A stretch of DNA of 64,000 bases from Atractiella rhizophila. Its lineage: Eukaryota. The notes beneath the pieces are model-generated. The model ran no database searches. It saw only the letters and a list, made by a program, of their open reading frames with translations, and was not told the DNA's origin. How positions within the stretch are numbered: position 1 is the stretch's first letter; the number at the start of each line of letters is the position of its first letter. Positions 36,987 through 49,000 of this stretch are shown here, one piece after another. A program made the position numbers and the translations under genes. The DNA lies in assembly GCA_021432655.1 (NCBI GenBank), contig MU271264.1:1-64000 (forward strand). Direction: 5' to 3'.

Positions 36987-39900
36987 ATGCCACTCAAAAT
37001 ACCCTTTCGTCGGCGGACGACGAGCACAAATAAGCTTGCTGAGCCGTCGTCCCCACCTCCGCCCGTTCCAGAAGCGGTCCCCATACCACAACAAGTCACG
37101 CCTGCTCCTCTGGCCGACGATCCATCTCCATCTGCTGGCTCACACCTTTCCATGGCTTTCTCAGAGGACTACCGCGCCGTCGAGGCCTTCCTAGCTGCTG
37201 GAGGACGGATTTCAGAAGATGGTAACGGGAACCCAGCCAATGGAGCTAGTAACAACGTCCAAAATGAAGTGGAATACGGAGGCAGAGGCACCTTTACCAC
37301 CTCCACGACTCCGGAACCAGAGCCGACGACCGTGTACTCTGATACACCAATGAGCGTCTCCTCCGCGCTCGATCGATCCTATTCCCCCGCACCTTCCATC
37401 AGCAGCAGGCACCCTGCTGCGCTCCTCCCAGGTATGCGTCGACCGACAGAAGCGCATGGGAAGCAACTTTCCGTCTCCCCTCTTCCTTCTCCAGCTCTCA
37501 CTTCCACACCACGAGGACCTTCTCCGCAACCTCCCGCATCTCCAATGTCAGTGAGCTCCTTCTCGACTTCGACACAGCCGACCGCGTATTCCGTCCACAC
37601 CCATTCGAGGAACGGGAGCGCAAACGACCTTCCACCACCCAAATCTCAATCGAGGGCTACGGGATCTTCGCTAGCTATTTCAACCTCTGCTTCACCCGAT
37701 AAAGAGAAGGACAAGGACAAGGGTATCTTCTCAGTCTTCCAGCGGTCGAGAGGACGCAAGACTTCCGCAGTGGGAACAGCCTCTCACTCCCCCACCACCT
37801 CTCCCACATCCAACCGTCCCACACTCTCCTCCCTCGTTACCTCCATGGAACAAGGTCCTCCCGGCCCAAAGTCCAGTCAGACACTCGCAGACCTTGCGGC
37901 TTCCGATCCACAACTAGAACCTCCTCCCGCTTCTAGATTCGGTTTCTTCCGCTCTCGAAACTCCTCCAAGGAGCGCATGAACACTGGAGGGAGCGCAAAC
38001 TCCTCTCAAGCTTCGTTAGGCATAGGCACACCGAAGGATGAGAAGCTCCCTCCATCCTCGTTCCAGCTCAAAGGGTTCAGAGCGATCAGTTACAATTCAG
38101 AGTCACCCGTGACGGAGAAAGCGCCAGGTCTACCTTCGGTGAACCCGAACGCGAATGCGAACGAGCATCGAAGAAGCAGGAGTAGGACCGTCGGTGAAGG
38201 ATTCGTGGTCGTGAGGAGTGGAAAGGGCAGCTTGGACCTCGATCGTCTGGCTGGTAACCACGGTGGTGGAGGTGGAGGACACGGTGGCAGGAACATTGGT
38301 TCCTCCGCCTCCGCTCTAGGGCACGGAGAACGTTTGGAAGTCTCGAGGGGAGGACATGGACAGGGCAGGAGGATGAGCGACTACGAGGTCGCGGACGAGG
38401 GCGATCGTGTTTCAGCCGCGAGGTTCATGGAAGCTGCAAAGATGCGGTCATCCCCCTCCTTACCCTTCGCCAACGCACCAGGCGCCAGGAGCGCGAACGG
38501 GAGGGAGTCTCCGGCGCTCGGACTCGATCTTCCTCCCGTCTTGAGGGACGATAGACCCCGCGAACTTCCTCCAGGTGCAGCACCGCTGCAGCCGCCTAGG
38601 AAACCGTTTGCGGAGATGAGTAGGGAGGGGAGCTCGACTTCGCTCTCGACTAGTGAGACTGGCAGTTATGTCAAGATTGGAAAGAGCGATGGAGAGCCGA
38701 AGATTAGTGGATTCCAGGTGGCGGATGTGAAGGGGTCTGTGGCTGCGGGTGGAAAGAAGGGAAAGAAGGAGAAGAAGAAGGGGTACCAAAAGATGTATGG
38801 GAGGAAGGCGTTCGGGTCGTCGGATGAGAGCGAGGGAGAGAGCGATGGGGAGACGGTGGAGAGTGACGACCCGTATGGTGATCCGGAGGATGAGGAGGAG
38901 GAGAAGGCGGAGATTAGGAGGAAGTTGAGCCGGATGAGAAGGGAGGAGAGGTCGCAGAAGAGCGTGGTGGAGATGGCGGAGGATGCGAAGGAGTGGGAGC
39001 TCGGGGAATTGTTGGGATGGACGAACTTTGTATTGAGCCGGATGAGAAGGGAGGAGAGGTCGCAGAAGAGCGTGGTGGAGATGGCGGAGGATGCGAAGGA
39101 GTGGGAGCTCGGGGAATTATTGGGATGGACGAATTTTGTAGGCAAAAAAGAAGCACCATCTGCTTCTGGGGCTGGTAAGCAGGGAAAGAAGGGACCCGAA
39201 GCACATCGGCGCATGACTTCGATCGAAACTTCCCTCCAACCTCCAGCACCTCCTTTCGCTCAAATTCGACCGACCAGGAGCTCCACCGACCTGCAAGCCC
39301 AGGCGAAGAACCATGAGCGGACGACGAGCCAGAGCAGCACCAGCAGCAATAAGCCGGTCGGATGGGGAAGCGAGGATGGACCAAGGAAATCGAAGCTTGG
39401 TAAACGCGAGATGTCAACCTCCTCCCAACCGCCGTCGAGGACCGCTACACCCACACTTGGAAGCCCGGCGCAGATATCAAAGGAACTGCCAGTGCCGCAA
39501 CCGCAGCCGTCCGTCCAGAAGAAGATGTCAAGGGGAAAGAAAGGGAAACAGAAGGAGGAAGAGAGTTCGAGCGACGACGATGTCCCCCTTGCGAAGCTCA
39601 TGCCCACGTCCTCAGCAGGATCCCTTCCCGTGTCGCCTATTGAAGGACCGCCTCGGTTGATGCACAAGACTTCGAAGTCGACATTCCTCACCCCAAGCCC
39701 TCCCGCCGCTTCCAATCGCCAACATTCGTATTCCCAATCCGCCCACCTCTCCACATCTTCTTCCAACTTCCTCTCTCCCGCTTCTGCGGCCGCCTCGTCT
39801 AGCACTAGAGTTCACGCTCCTTCCCCCATTCCTCCACCATCAGCATTCGCCAATCGTCCTAAAGTTTCAAGTTCCCTCGCAGCCAATCCCTCCTTCCAAG

Positions 39901-42086
39901 CCGGACCAAGGTCGTTGTCCGACATGTCCCTCGTTCGAAAGACTAGCGGCACATCCCTTAATTCGGCATCAACCATGACCCACGCTCCAGCATCCGCACC
40001 CTCACGCCCAACCGCCCTCCCGTCGCTACCTACGATTATGTCCGTCAGTTCGAAAGCTGAGAGCCCACCGAAGAACCTCAAACCTCCAAATGGAGCCAAG
40101 AATCTACACGATAGTCCGGCGAGTTCTACATCGGGGAGTGGACGGAGCACAAGCGATGGTTCGAACCTCCTAAAGTCCCCCAACGTCGCTTCTGTCTCAA
40201 GTAGTATGACGAGCGACGCCTCAAAGGTGTCATTGAAGAGAGAGCCGTCGAGGAGGATGTCGATGGTTTCTTTGAGTAGGAAGATATCGACAGGTCGTCG
40301 ACAGAACTCGTATGCGGGAGAAATGTCCGCTCTTGCTGCAGGGGTAACATTAGGAGTAGATAAAAGTGCGGAAGAGAAGGAGCGGCAGGATCAGTACAAG
40401 AGGATGCAGGAGCGTCATAGGAAGGAGGCAAAGAAGGCCATCGCCATCGGTAATGAGCTCAATGGACCTGGGCCGAAGGTGGAGAATTGGGCACATGGAG
40501 CTGGAGATGATAGTGATGATGAGGACGATGTGCCGTTGGGGATGAAGAGTTATGCAGGTTCGACCATTGGCGGTCCCACTTCGACAATCGGCAGGAGTAC
40601 CGGGATGGCCTCCGCGTTAACCGTTCCGACCATCAATCCGTACCTCAATCCTCAAGCGCCAATCGCCTCCACCTCTGGCCTCAACATCAATGCTCTTCCG
40701 GCCCCACCAGGTGTCGACCCTGTTCTGTATGCCTCTTTACCACCTGACCAAAAAATGAGCTTGCATCAGCGCGGCCAGGTGCGCCGCCTTTTTACTCATT
40801 CGTCCATTAACACTGATGATATATAGATGATGATGCAAATGATGGCGATGGCGGCTCAACAAGCTAAAGCAGCGAGCGAGGCCGGTCACGGCGGTTCGAA
40901 TTGGGACACTCGCTCCAACGTGAGTGGTATGGGTGGCGGCGACAGGTGGGAGACCATGAGCACCGTGAGCGGAATGGGAAAGTCCCCCAACGTCGCTTCT
41001 GTCTCAAGTAGTATGACGAGCGACGCCTCAAAGGTGTCATTGAAGAGAGAGCCGTCGAGGAGGATGTCGATGGTTTCTTTGAGTAGGAAGATATCGACAG
41101 GTCGTCGACAGAACTCGTATGCGGGAGAAATGTCCGCTCTTGCTGCAGGGGTAACATTAGGAGTAGATAAAAGTGCGGAAGAGAAGGAGCGGCAGGATCA
41201 GTACAAGAGGATGCAGGAGCGTCATAGGAAGGAGGCAAAGAAGGCCATCGCCATCGGTAATGAGCTCAATGGACCTGGGCCGAAGGTGGAGAATTGGGCA
41301 CATGGAGCTGGAGATGATAGTGATGATGAGGACGATGTGCCGTTGGGGATGAAGAGTTATGCAGGTTCGACCATTGGCGGTCCCACTTCGACAATCGGCA
41401 GGAGTACCGGGATGGCCTCCGCGTTAACCGTTCCGACCATCAATCCGTACCTCAATCCTCAAGCGCCAATCGCCTCCACCTCTGGCCTCAACATCAATGC
41501 TCTTCCGGCCCCACCAGGTGTCGACCCTGTTCTGTATGCCTCTTTACCACCTGACCAAAAAATGAGCTTGCATCAGCGCGGCCAGGTGCGCCGCCTTTTT
41601 ACTCATTCGTCCATTAACACTGATGATATATAGATGATGATGCAAATGATGGCGATGGCGGCTCAACAAGCTAAAGCAGCGAGCGAGGCCGGTCACGGCG
41701 GTTCGAATTGGGACACTCGCTCCAACGTGAGTGGTATGGGTGGCGGCGACAGGTGGGAGACCATGAGCACCGTGAGCGGAATGGGCGGTGGGGGAGGTGG
41801 TTATGGAATGATGGGCATGGGAGGGATGGGCATGGGCTCTTGGGGAATGCCAACGTTTGGATACCCCATGATGGGCAACATGAACATGAACGGGATGGGT
41901 ATGGGGATGCCTCAGCAGCAGCAAATGAATAGAAGTCGATGGTCCTCCTCTCAATCTGCCATTGGAATTCCCACCGGTCCACCAAAAACTAAAGCTCTTC
42001 GGCGACAGAGCAGAGTAGAGACATTGTCGACTGTAGGACTCGGTTCGAATGATAAATCGGGGAGGATACCACATCGTGAGATTTAA
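36987..42086 (+). CDS. Large Ser/Pro-rich intrinsically disordered protein with Met/Gly-rich C-terminus; carries two internal tandem duplications
   Basis: A 1279-codon ORF with a 48-nt intron at 40779-40826 (repeated at 41586-41633), then the MMMQMMAMAAQQ exon. No globular domain recognised. Confidence 0.75.
38925..39140 (+). repeat. 108-bp tandem direct duplication (36 codons)
   Basis: LSRMRREERSQKSVVEMAEDAKEWELGELLGWTNFV occurs twice (38925-39032, 39033-39140), with two synonymous differences. Confidence 0.95.
40172..41785 (+). repeat. 807-bp tandem direct duplication
   Basis: 40172-40978 and 40979-41785 appear identical by eye, and each includes an intron. Confidence 0.95.
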
Positions 42087-42733
42087 ACTCGGTGTGTTTA
42101 GATTTTTGTGAAGTAACCGACCGCTGACCGTGTTGTGAAAGGATACTCGTGTGTTCTGAGCCATAAGGGACTGGCAGAGTTTCTAGAAATCTTCAGTTCC
42201 TTCTTCAAAAGCGAGCGCAGACTCTCTTCCCTTCATCTAAACCGTTCGACCTTGCACGTTCATCTTTTTAAATTTTGTAACATATCCTGTCACGTCTCAC
42301 TCTTTCGGTCAGTCCATTGGTTTTTAATCGTTCGTTCGTCCTACACACCGTCCTTGCACAATTTTTCTTTCGATTAATATTCGCATTCAGCTTAAAGGCC
42401 ATGTGATGACGGAGAGCTTCATCTCACCCTCTTAACACTTCCAACTTGCTTGACGGGACGTTAGTTTTGCATTCGAACTCCATTTTTATGGTTTTGAGAT
42501 TCCTGAACAATAAGTTTGTCTAGATGCAGAGGAATACGACTTGTACGAATAGATCAAACCTTGAACAGTCACTACTTTGCTGTCTCAACTTTACTGTTAG
42601 GTCAAGTGTCGAACTCATGTCTTGCAAATGGAAGGTAAACAAGGTAGAATCATGTAGACAGTGACAGAGATACGAAGAGAGTCATTCTGAACGACGAACA
42701 GACGATACATACACATTTTTCCCTTCTGAAGAA

Positions 42734-44671
42734 TCAAGAAACGGCGACCTCCATCTCCACATCCGTGCACTCCTTCACGCTCCTCCAAACTTCCTCCTCA
42801 ATCTCCTCACACCTCTTCGTCTTCTCCTCAAACCCCATCCTGTTTAAATTCCCCGTCCCATTCCCTCCAGCGCCGCCATTTCCAGTGTTAGTGACTCCGC
42901 TGCCGCCGACGCCAACGTTAGCGACCAATCCCTCCCAGGAGGTGCCAACTGCGAAGTTGTCTGGCAAGTCGAACTCCAACGCGCGCTCCTTTGAGCCCAT
43001 CCTTGCTCCAGCGCCGGCGTTCGCGTGCGCATGGTGGTGGTGGGAGGGAGGACGGATGAACATGGCGAAGAGGTCGTCAGCGTTCATAGGGAGGGAGGCC
43101 GCGGCCGTGGCGGTTGGGAGAGATTCCTGTTCGGTCGTCGGGTGTTGATGCTGGTGCGGCTGGTGAGCTTGGGAGTGCGCTTGAGGCCTTTGTTGGGGTT
43201 GGTTTTGTAGTCGGGAATTATGGATATGCTGCGGCTGATGTTGATGGTGACGCTGGGACTGCTGAGCTTGGGCGTGAGCCTGGAGATGTTGAGGCTGGAG
43301 TTGGTGCTGCGGCAAATTCAAGCCTGCAAGAGAGGAGGAGGCTGGAGAATGCTGTTGTTGTGGCATGACGGGCGACCCGAAGGACTGCATGAGACCCCTC
43401 CAATCTTCTTCTCTTGGTCCAGCCAAATCCATCGCACTATTTCCATTCGTTCCCCCGCTACCGCTCCCGACGGATCCATGGCCAGGGCGGGAGAGGAGGC
43501 CTGCCTGTGGAGGGAAGGGGAAGTTTGGCAGTTGGAAGAGAGAGGGAGATGGGTACGACGTCGTGGTTGGCGTGGACGGAGAAGAGGCGAGCGGGAAGGA
43601 ATAGGAAGGGCGAGAATGGGGTTGACCTGGAGTAGGGATGGAAGACGCGGGGCCAGGGTAGAACTGGGAGAGAAGTTGAGGACCACCTCCTGAGGCTGGC
43701 GAGTCGTGGGCTCCAGATGAAGGGTGAGCCGCGGTTGAAGGTGGCGGCCACTGCCCGCCGTACCCTCCATCTCCATCTCCTCCACTCCTTCCCGAGCTGT
43801 GTGGTCCACCGCCATTTCCACTCTCATTCTCGCCCGCACCTCCACCTCCACCACCACCGTCCCTGGGACCAGGACGAGTTCCAGCATTCCCTCCGCCAGC
43901 GCCTCTCCCACCACTATCGATAATGTCCCTCGTCTCTCTGTCTCTAGGCACGACATCGTTCTTGCCAGTGTGGTCAAAGTCCTTGACATCCCTCCCTCCG
44001 AGTCCAAGGACCATCTTTGCAGCCTTATGAACCTCCTCCTGCTCCTCTAACGGAGGTTTCTGCACGGCTCCACAGGCAGGACAAGGAGAGGTTCTCAGAC
44101 GGGATGTCTCGGAGGATAGATTGTCGAGTTGTTGGGAGAGCGAGTCGTTGAGATTTTGGAGGGTCTCGAACTTGGATTCGTAGGATTTGAGCGTCTCTTT
44201 TGTCGCCGAACAGAACTTTTGCATTTGCTTCATCCCTTCTTGTTGCACCGCAATCGTGTGTTCGAGCCTTTCAATGTTCGTCAGACTTTGTCTTCTTATA
44301 AACTTGAGAGGTATACGACGAACCGTTGGATGTATCCTTTTCTCCTCTCTCTGAACGCAGCCTGCGCGTCTGCGTTCCTCTTCTTTTTCTGTGCGGCGCT
44401 CTCCGTTTTCCTATCACCAACATCCAATCAGTATCCCATCCACAAGTACATGATACATGACATGTAAGTTAGTATCGAAGCCCAAGTGTAAGGAACAAAG
44501 AAAAATAAAGAAAGGAGGCACCAACCTGCTCCCCCTCTTCGCCCTGGCACTTGCCCCGCCCATTCCCTCCGCGAGCATGGACTCATCCTCCCCCTCCGCG
44601 TCACTCTCCCTGTACTCTTCTTCATCCTCCTCCTCAGTCACCGACTTTGGCTTCTTCCCACGCGTCCTCAT
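42734..44671 (-). CDS. bZIP transcription factor (Yap/AP-1-like basic region) with Gly- and Gln/His-rich C-terminus
   Basis: A short exon at ~44324-44410 encodes RKTESAAQKKKRNADAQAAFRERRKGYIQR|LEHTIAV. It is followed by a heptad coiled coil (LQNLNDSLSQQLDNLSSETSRL) in the 42734-44248 ORF. Confidence 0.82.
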
Positions 44672-45324
44672 CTCCGCTAATCTTCTAAATCCAGGAGATT
44701 TCAATTACCTAATCGTGTACGTAGTCCCTCCCAGGCTCGAAAGTGTCGACTGGCTAGAACGAGTTAAAGAGGTAAGCGATGAATCAATGAAAGGTGTTAG
44801 TCGAGGACGTTGAAGAGATCCCGAGCAGGTGTTGGTGGGGAGATGGACCGTTCGAATTCCAATCGAAAAGAAAATATTCAAGTCGGCAGCCAGGTTCTTC
44901 CGCTGCCACGGGTCACGGTCCACGCTGTCAATCGAGGCGGGATGCAAATATAGTACCTCGATGCCCTGGAATGTTGTAGGCCACGCTTGAGTTCCTAGGA
45001 TGGTGATGCCAGGTGCTGGCCAAGGTGGTGTTGGTTGAGTGAGCTGGGGAGGACTTAGGAACAAGGTTTCAACTTTGCTGGCCAACTTTACGCACGTGCT
45101 TCCGAGAGTATTGATTGATTATCTATGTTGATGTTGCTGTTGAGAGGCTAATGCAGGGTTAATGATTACCGTTGGTAGCATTATTTGGTATATGTATCAC
45201 ATATCGTGAGCCTTGAGGCCAAGTATGAAGGAATCAAGAACACAACATCGAGCACAGATGGGCAAGAAGAACAAAGCACTAAAGTCCTTTCATCCTTCCA
45301 ACACTTCCAAGAACGGACGAGTAT

Positions 45325-46859
45325 TCACTTCGTTCCTCTCCTAGCTACCTCTTCCGGGTTCTCAATCACAAAGCTCTGCGGGACCTTAACGACAGGAGGT
45401 ATAGGCGGGAACTCATCCGTAGGCGACTTCCCATCCGCTCCATCGTTCGGACTCTTCATCGGTGGAGGGAACGGGAACTCAACCGCGTCCCTCTCGCTGC
45501 TCTTCCCAAAAGGGGTCCACCGAGACGAAGATGATTTGTTAGTCTTGGTCGTGACTGCTGTCTGGGAGGAAGCGTTGGAGATGTGCGATTGTGTGGATCC
45601 CTTTCGGAGCCGTGAGAGCTGGCCACCCTCGACTTGCGATTCGGGTCGGTTCGTGAAGGCGTATGCCTTCTTCGGAGAGGAGCTTGAGAGAGAGGCGCGA
45701 CGTCGGCGGCGGAGGTAGAGGTAGAGAAGGGAGGTGAGGAGGGAGAGAAGCACGACGCCGCCGAGCACTGTTTTAATTCTTGATTAACTTTCCGCGTGTC
45801 GTAGAAGACAGGCAGAAGGGAGGCTCACCACCGCCTACGATTGCTCCAACATTCGACTTCTTCCCGCTGCTGGCTTGAGTGATGAAGCCGACATTTTTTC
45901 CGAGACATCCATTGTTCGAGTTCGGGACGACAGTGAGAGGAAATGAGCATTCGGTGGGAGCTTGCGCCGGTTCGTAGCATACTCTGTCCATGCCGATCCA
46001 TATTTAGACATAGGGAAGGATAGAGGCAGTGGGGACAACGTACGAGAGTGCGGTACGACCTTTGATGTCAATCGTCCAGTTGCAGGAGGGACCCGTGCAG
46101 AGGACGTTTTCGAGAACTCTGTAAATCAGTTGAGGGTCAGTCTCGTTCTTTTCGGGACATTAAGGGGACAGGTGTTGGCAAGACAACAGGTTTCCACTCT
46201 TTGGTATAAGAGATAAGTAATAATAACAGTGTCCGATGGAATGGAGCTTCATACATGAGGTTTATGACCATGTACCATGCGTAAATGTGGTTTACGACCA
46301 TACGAGCAAGTTCAGGCACACATACTATTAGGTCCCCTCCGGAGCAGAGTAGCATCATTTGCATTTCACAGCCCAATCAATACGAGCTAGTCTCCATGAA
46401 TGAGATCTTGTTCCTCTTGGAGGAAACGTAGGATGTATGGATGCAGAAGACTGCACGGATGGTGCTTTATAAAGCTCGACAGCCTGCACGTTCTGGAAAT
46501 CATCACCGCCTGTGCAAGATAATGAACTCGGTGTACAAAGATACACCTAGGCTTTACCTGCAACGTAAGGGACAATCTGCATCTGCCATCCCCGTGCCAT
46601 CCAAAACAAAGCAGAAGGACAAGCGAACGATGCAAAACATTACATCATCCTTTCCCAAATCCTCTCTTCCTCTCCAATGGCAACGGCAAGGCGCAGCCCC
46701 ATTCTATTCCATTTCGGAGACAAAAAGAATAATAGCAACTTACAATGCTCCCTGCCTAACAACAGCAGTCCAGACCTCCCCATCTGCGGCCCCCTCCCTT
46801 TCAATCTTCACCGACGCGCACTGGTCGGGCTCTCCTTGGACGGTCACTGCTGCCGACAT
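45325..46859 (-). CDS. Single-pass membrane protein with small Cys-containing N-terminal domain (Mid2/Axl2-like TM segment)
   Basis: Spliced: MSAAVTVQGEPDQCASVKI...GAL|VLENVLCTGPSCNWTIDIKGRTAL|SVCY...NNGCL...SNVGAIVGG|VLGGVVLLSLLTSLLYLYLRRRRR plus a cytoplasmic tail. First intron is 625 nt. Confidence 0.65.
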
Positions 46860-47730
46860 CCTTTCTTTTGTTTCCCTTTGTGTTCAAAGTGTTGATTCCC
46901 CGAGGTGGGTTCCCTGAGAACTGGGATGGATGGGAGGGCAGAGAGAGAGGGGGAGGTTTGGCGGACTTTGTGGTGGAATAAGAAAAGAAGAAAGAAGGTG
47001 ATCGAACCCGCCGGCTTCGAAATGCGACGAATTCAGTTCATGACAATAATAAATGATGCCATGAAGACAGCTTGACGGAGGGCTGTAATGGAATAATGGT
47101 GTCTGGGTGTGGTGGAATGAACGGCGGGCTAGTGAGAAGTTATGACCAGCAAGGGTTGCATGTTGCCAGTGGGAGGAACAGTGAGGATGTCAGGGCAAGG
47201 TTCTGTTTGTTGAACAAGTGACATTGGGTATAGATTCCTGGCTGTGACATGTCTTTCGCTCCTTTTCGAAACGTTGGCATATCACCCTCTTACTGTGGCT
47301 GATTTTCTCATCTCAAGAACGAGAACTATTCGTTACTGTTCTCAAGTTTCTAGGGCTTCAGCGCCGCCGACTTTCTTTTCTGTGTCTTTAAAGAATCTCG
47401 GTGTGAGACAGTTCCCCTCAATCTCTGTGACATTCATCACACACTCCACCGTATCTTTCATCGGCGTTGGATTGATTGACTGGTCCTTCGAAGCACGTTG
47501 TCTCTGTTTTTGCTTCTTCCAGTTGCTTGCGGGAACACGGAATGAGGGGTGCTGACTGTGGCCTTGAATATCACGACGGGTATTGTGGGTCTGGGTGGAG
47601 CTTGTTTGTGCCCTGGCAGTGGCGAGAAACTGCGATGTCACTGCGCTGCTCCCACTTGCGCGTCCTTGTTAAAGAATAAAAAGCGTAACAAGCGCCTTAT
47701 CTAAACAGCAAAGCAGCTTGAAAGGAAAGC

Positions 47731-48917
47731 ATGTCTGCGAAGAAGATCTTCACCGTAATCGGAGCGACGGGAACTCAGGTGCGCTCGATTGTGTGACTTT
47801 CTCGTACATGGTTGTTGTTTACTAAATTCAGGGAGGAGCGATTGTTTCGCATTTCGCGAACAAACCGCAATATCATGTTCGAGCAGTGACGAGGGATCCT
47901 TCCTCCAAGTCTGCGGTGGCGCTCTCCAAATCCTATCCATCCGTGGAACTAGTGAAAGCGTCTCTCGATGATCCTACCTCTTTGGAGCGCGCGTTTGAAG
48001 GCGCCAGTTACGTCTTTGTCGTGACCGACTTCTTCGCCACCATGTCTGTTGATAAGGAAGTCGAGCAAGGCAAGAACGCCATCAATGCCGCTCTCAAAGT
48101 TCTCAACACTGGAACCTTGGAGAGATTTATCTTCTCTGGTCTGCCGAATGTCAAGGAAGTGAAGAACCCTTATCACAACATCCTTCATGTGAACGCGAAG
48201 CCTTTGATTAAGCGGTATTTGGTAGAGCACGAGCAATTGTGGAAGAAGAGCACAGAGGTCGCCATCGGCATCTTCATGGAGGACTGGAAGAAGTTTCAGG
48301 ACCTCTTCAAGCCTTTGAAGGCGAGTCCTTCACTCCCATCTCTCCCTTTTTCTAAATCATGCCTTGATGGAATGTAGCAAGAAGATGGATCCTACTCCAT
48401 TTTCCTCCCTTTGCATGCGACGAGCAAACTTCCTACCGCCTCTGTCGCGGACGACTTGGGGCCTTTGGTCGAAAAGATCATCACATCCGATAAGTATGGT
48501 GGAAAGACTGTGAACCATGTCACGGAAGAAATCAGTCCGGTTGACCAGCTGAAGGTGTGGGGGAGCGGTGTGTTCTCTTCTCTACTTCATTACATACTCT
48601 GACCTGCTCTGCGATGTCACAGTCGTGGGTGTCGAAACCAGTTTTAAATCGCTCACGAATGAGGAGATGAATGACCGCCTCAAGAACAAATATAGCTATC
48701 CGGACTTTATGGCGTTGAACATGACGGAGCATTTCGCTTGTATAAGAGACAATCCCGATTGGTATCATGCAGACGGCAGTATTCTATCCACTGAGGTCCG
48801 TCTTCCTGTTGCTTCTATCTTAAGAAGCTTTTGCTCATCATGAAAAAGGTGCTGGATTCCTGGACGACTTGGAAACAATTTGTGGAGAAAAACGATTGGA
48901 AGAGCTACCTTGAATAA
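47731..48917 (+). CDS. NmrA-like NAD(P)-binding protein
   Basis: MSAKKIFTVIGATGTQ|GGAI...VRAVTRDPSS...LERAFEGASYVFVVTDF..EVEQGKNAINAA..FIFSGLP..H...K; ends W..FVEKNDWKSYLE*. Confidence 0.88.
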
Positions 48918-49000
48918 GCTATGAGTTTATATCAGATATCAATTCGACTGCAGGCTGATTTCCAAACATGTATCAATATGCCCAATCAATCCAAATCTGA

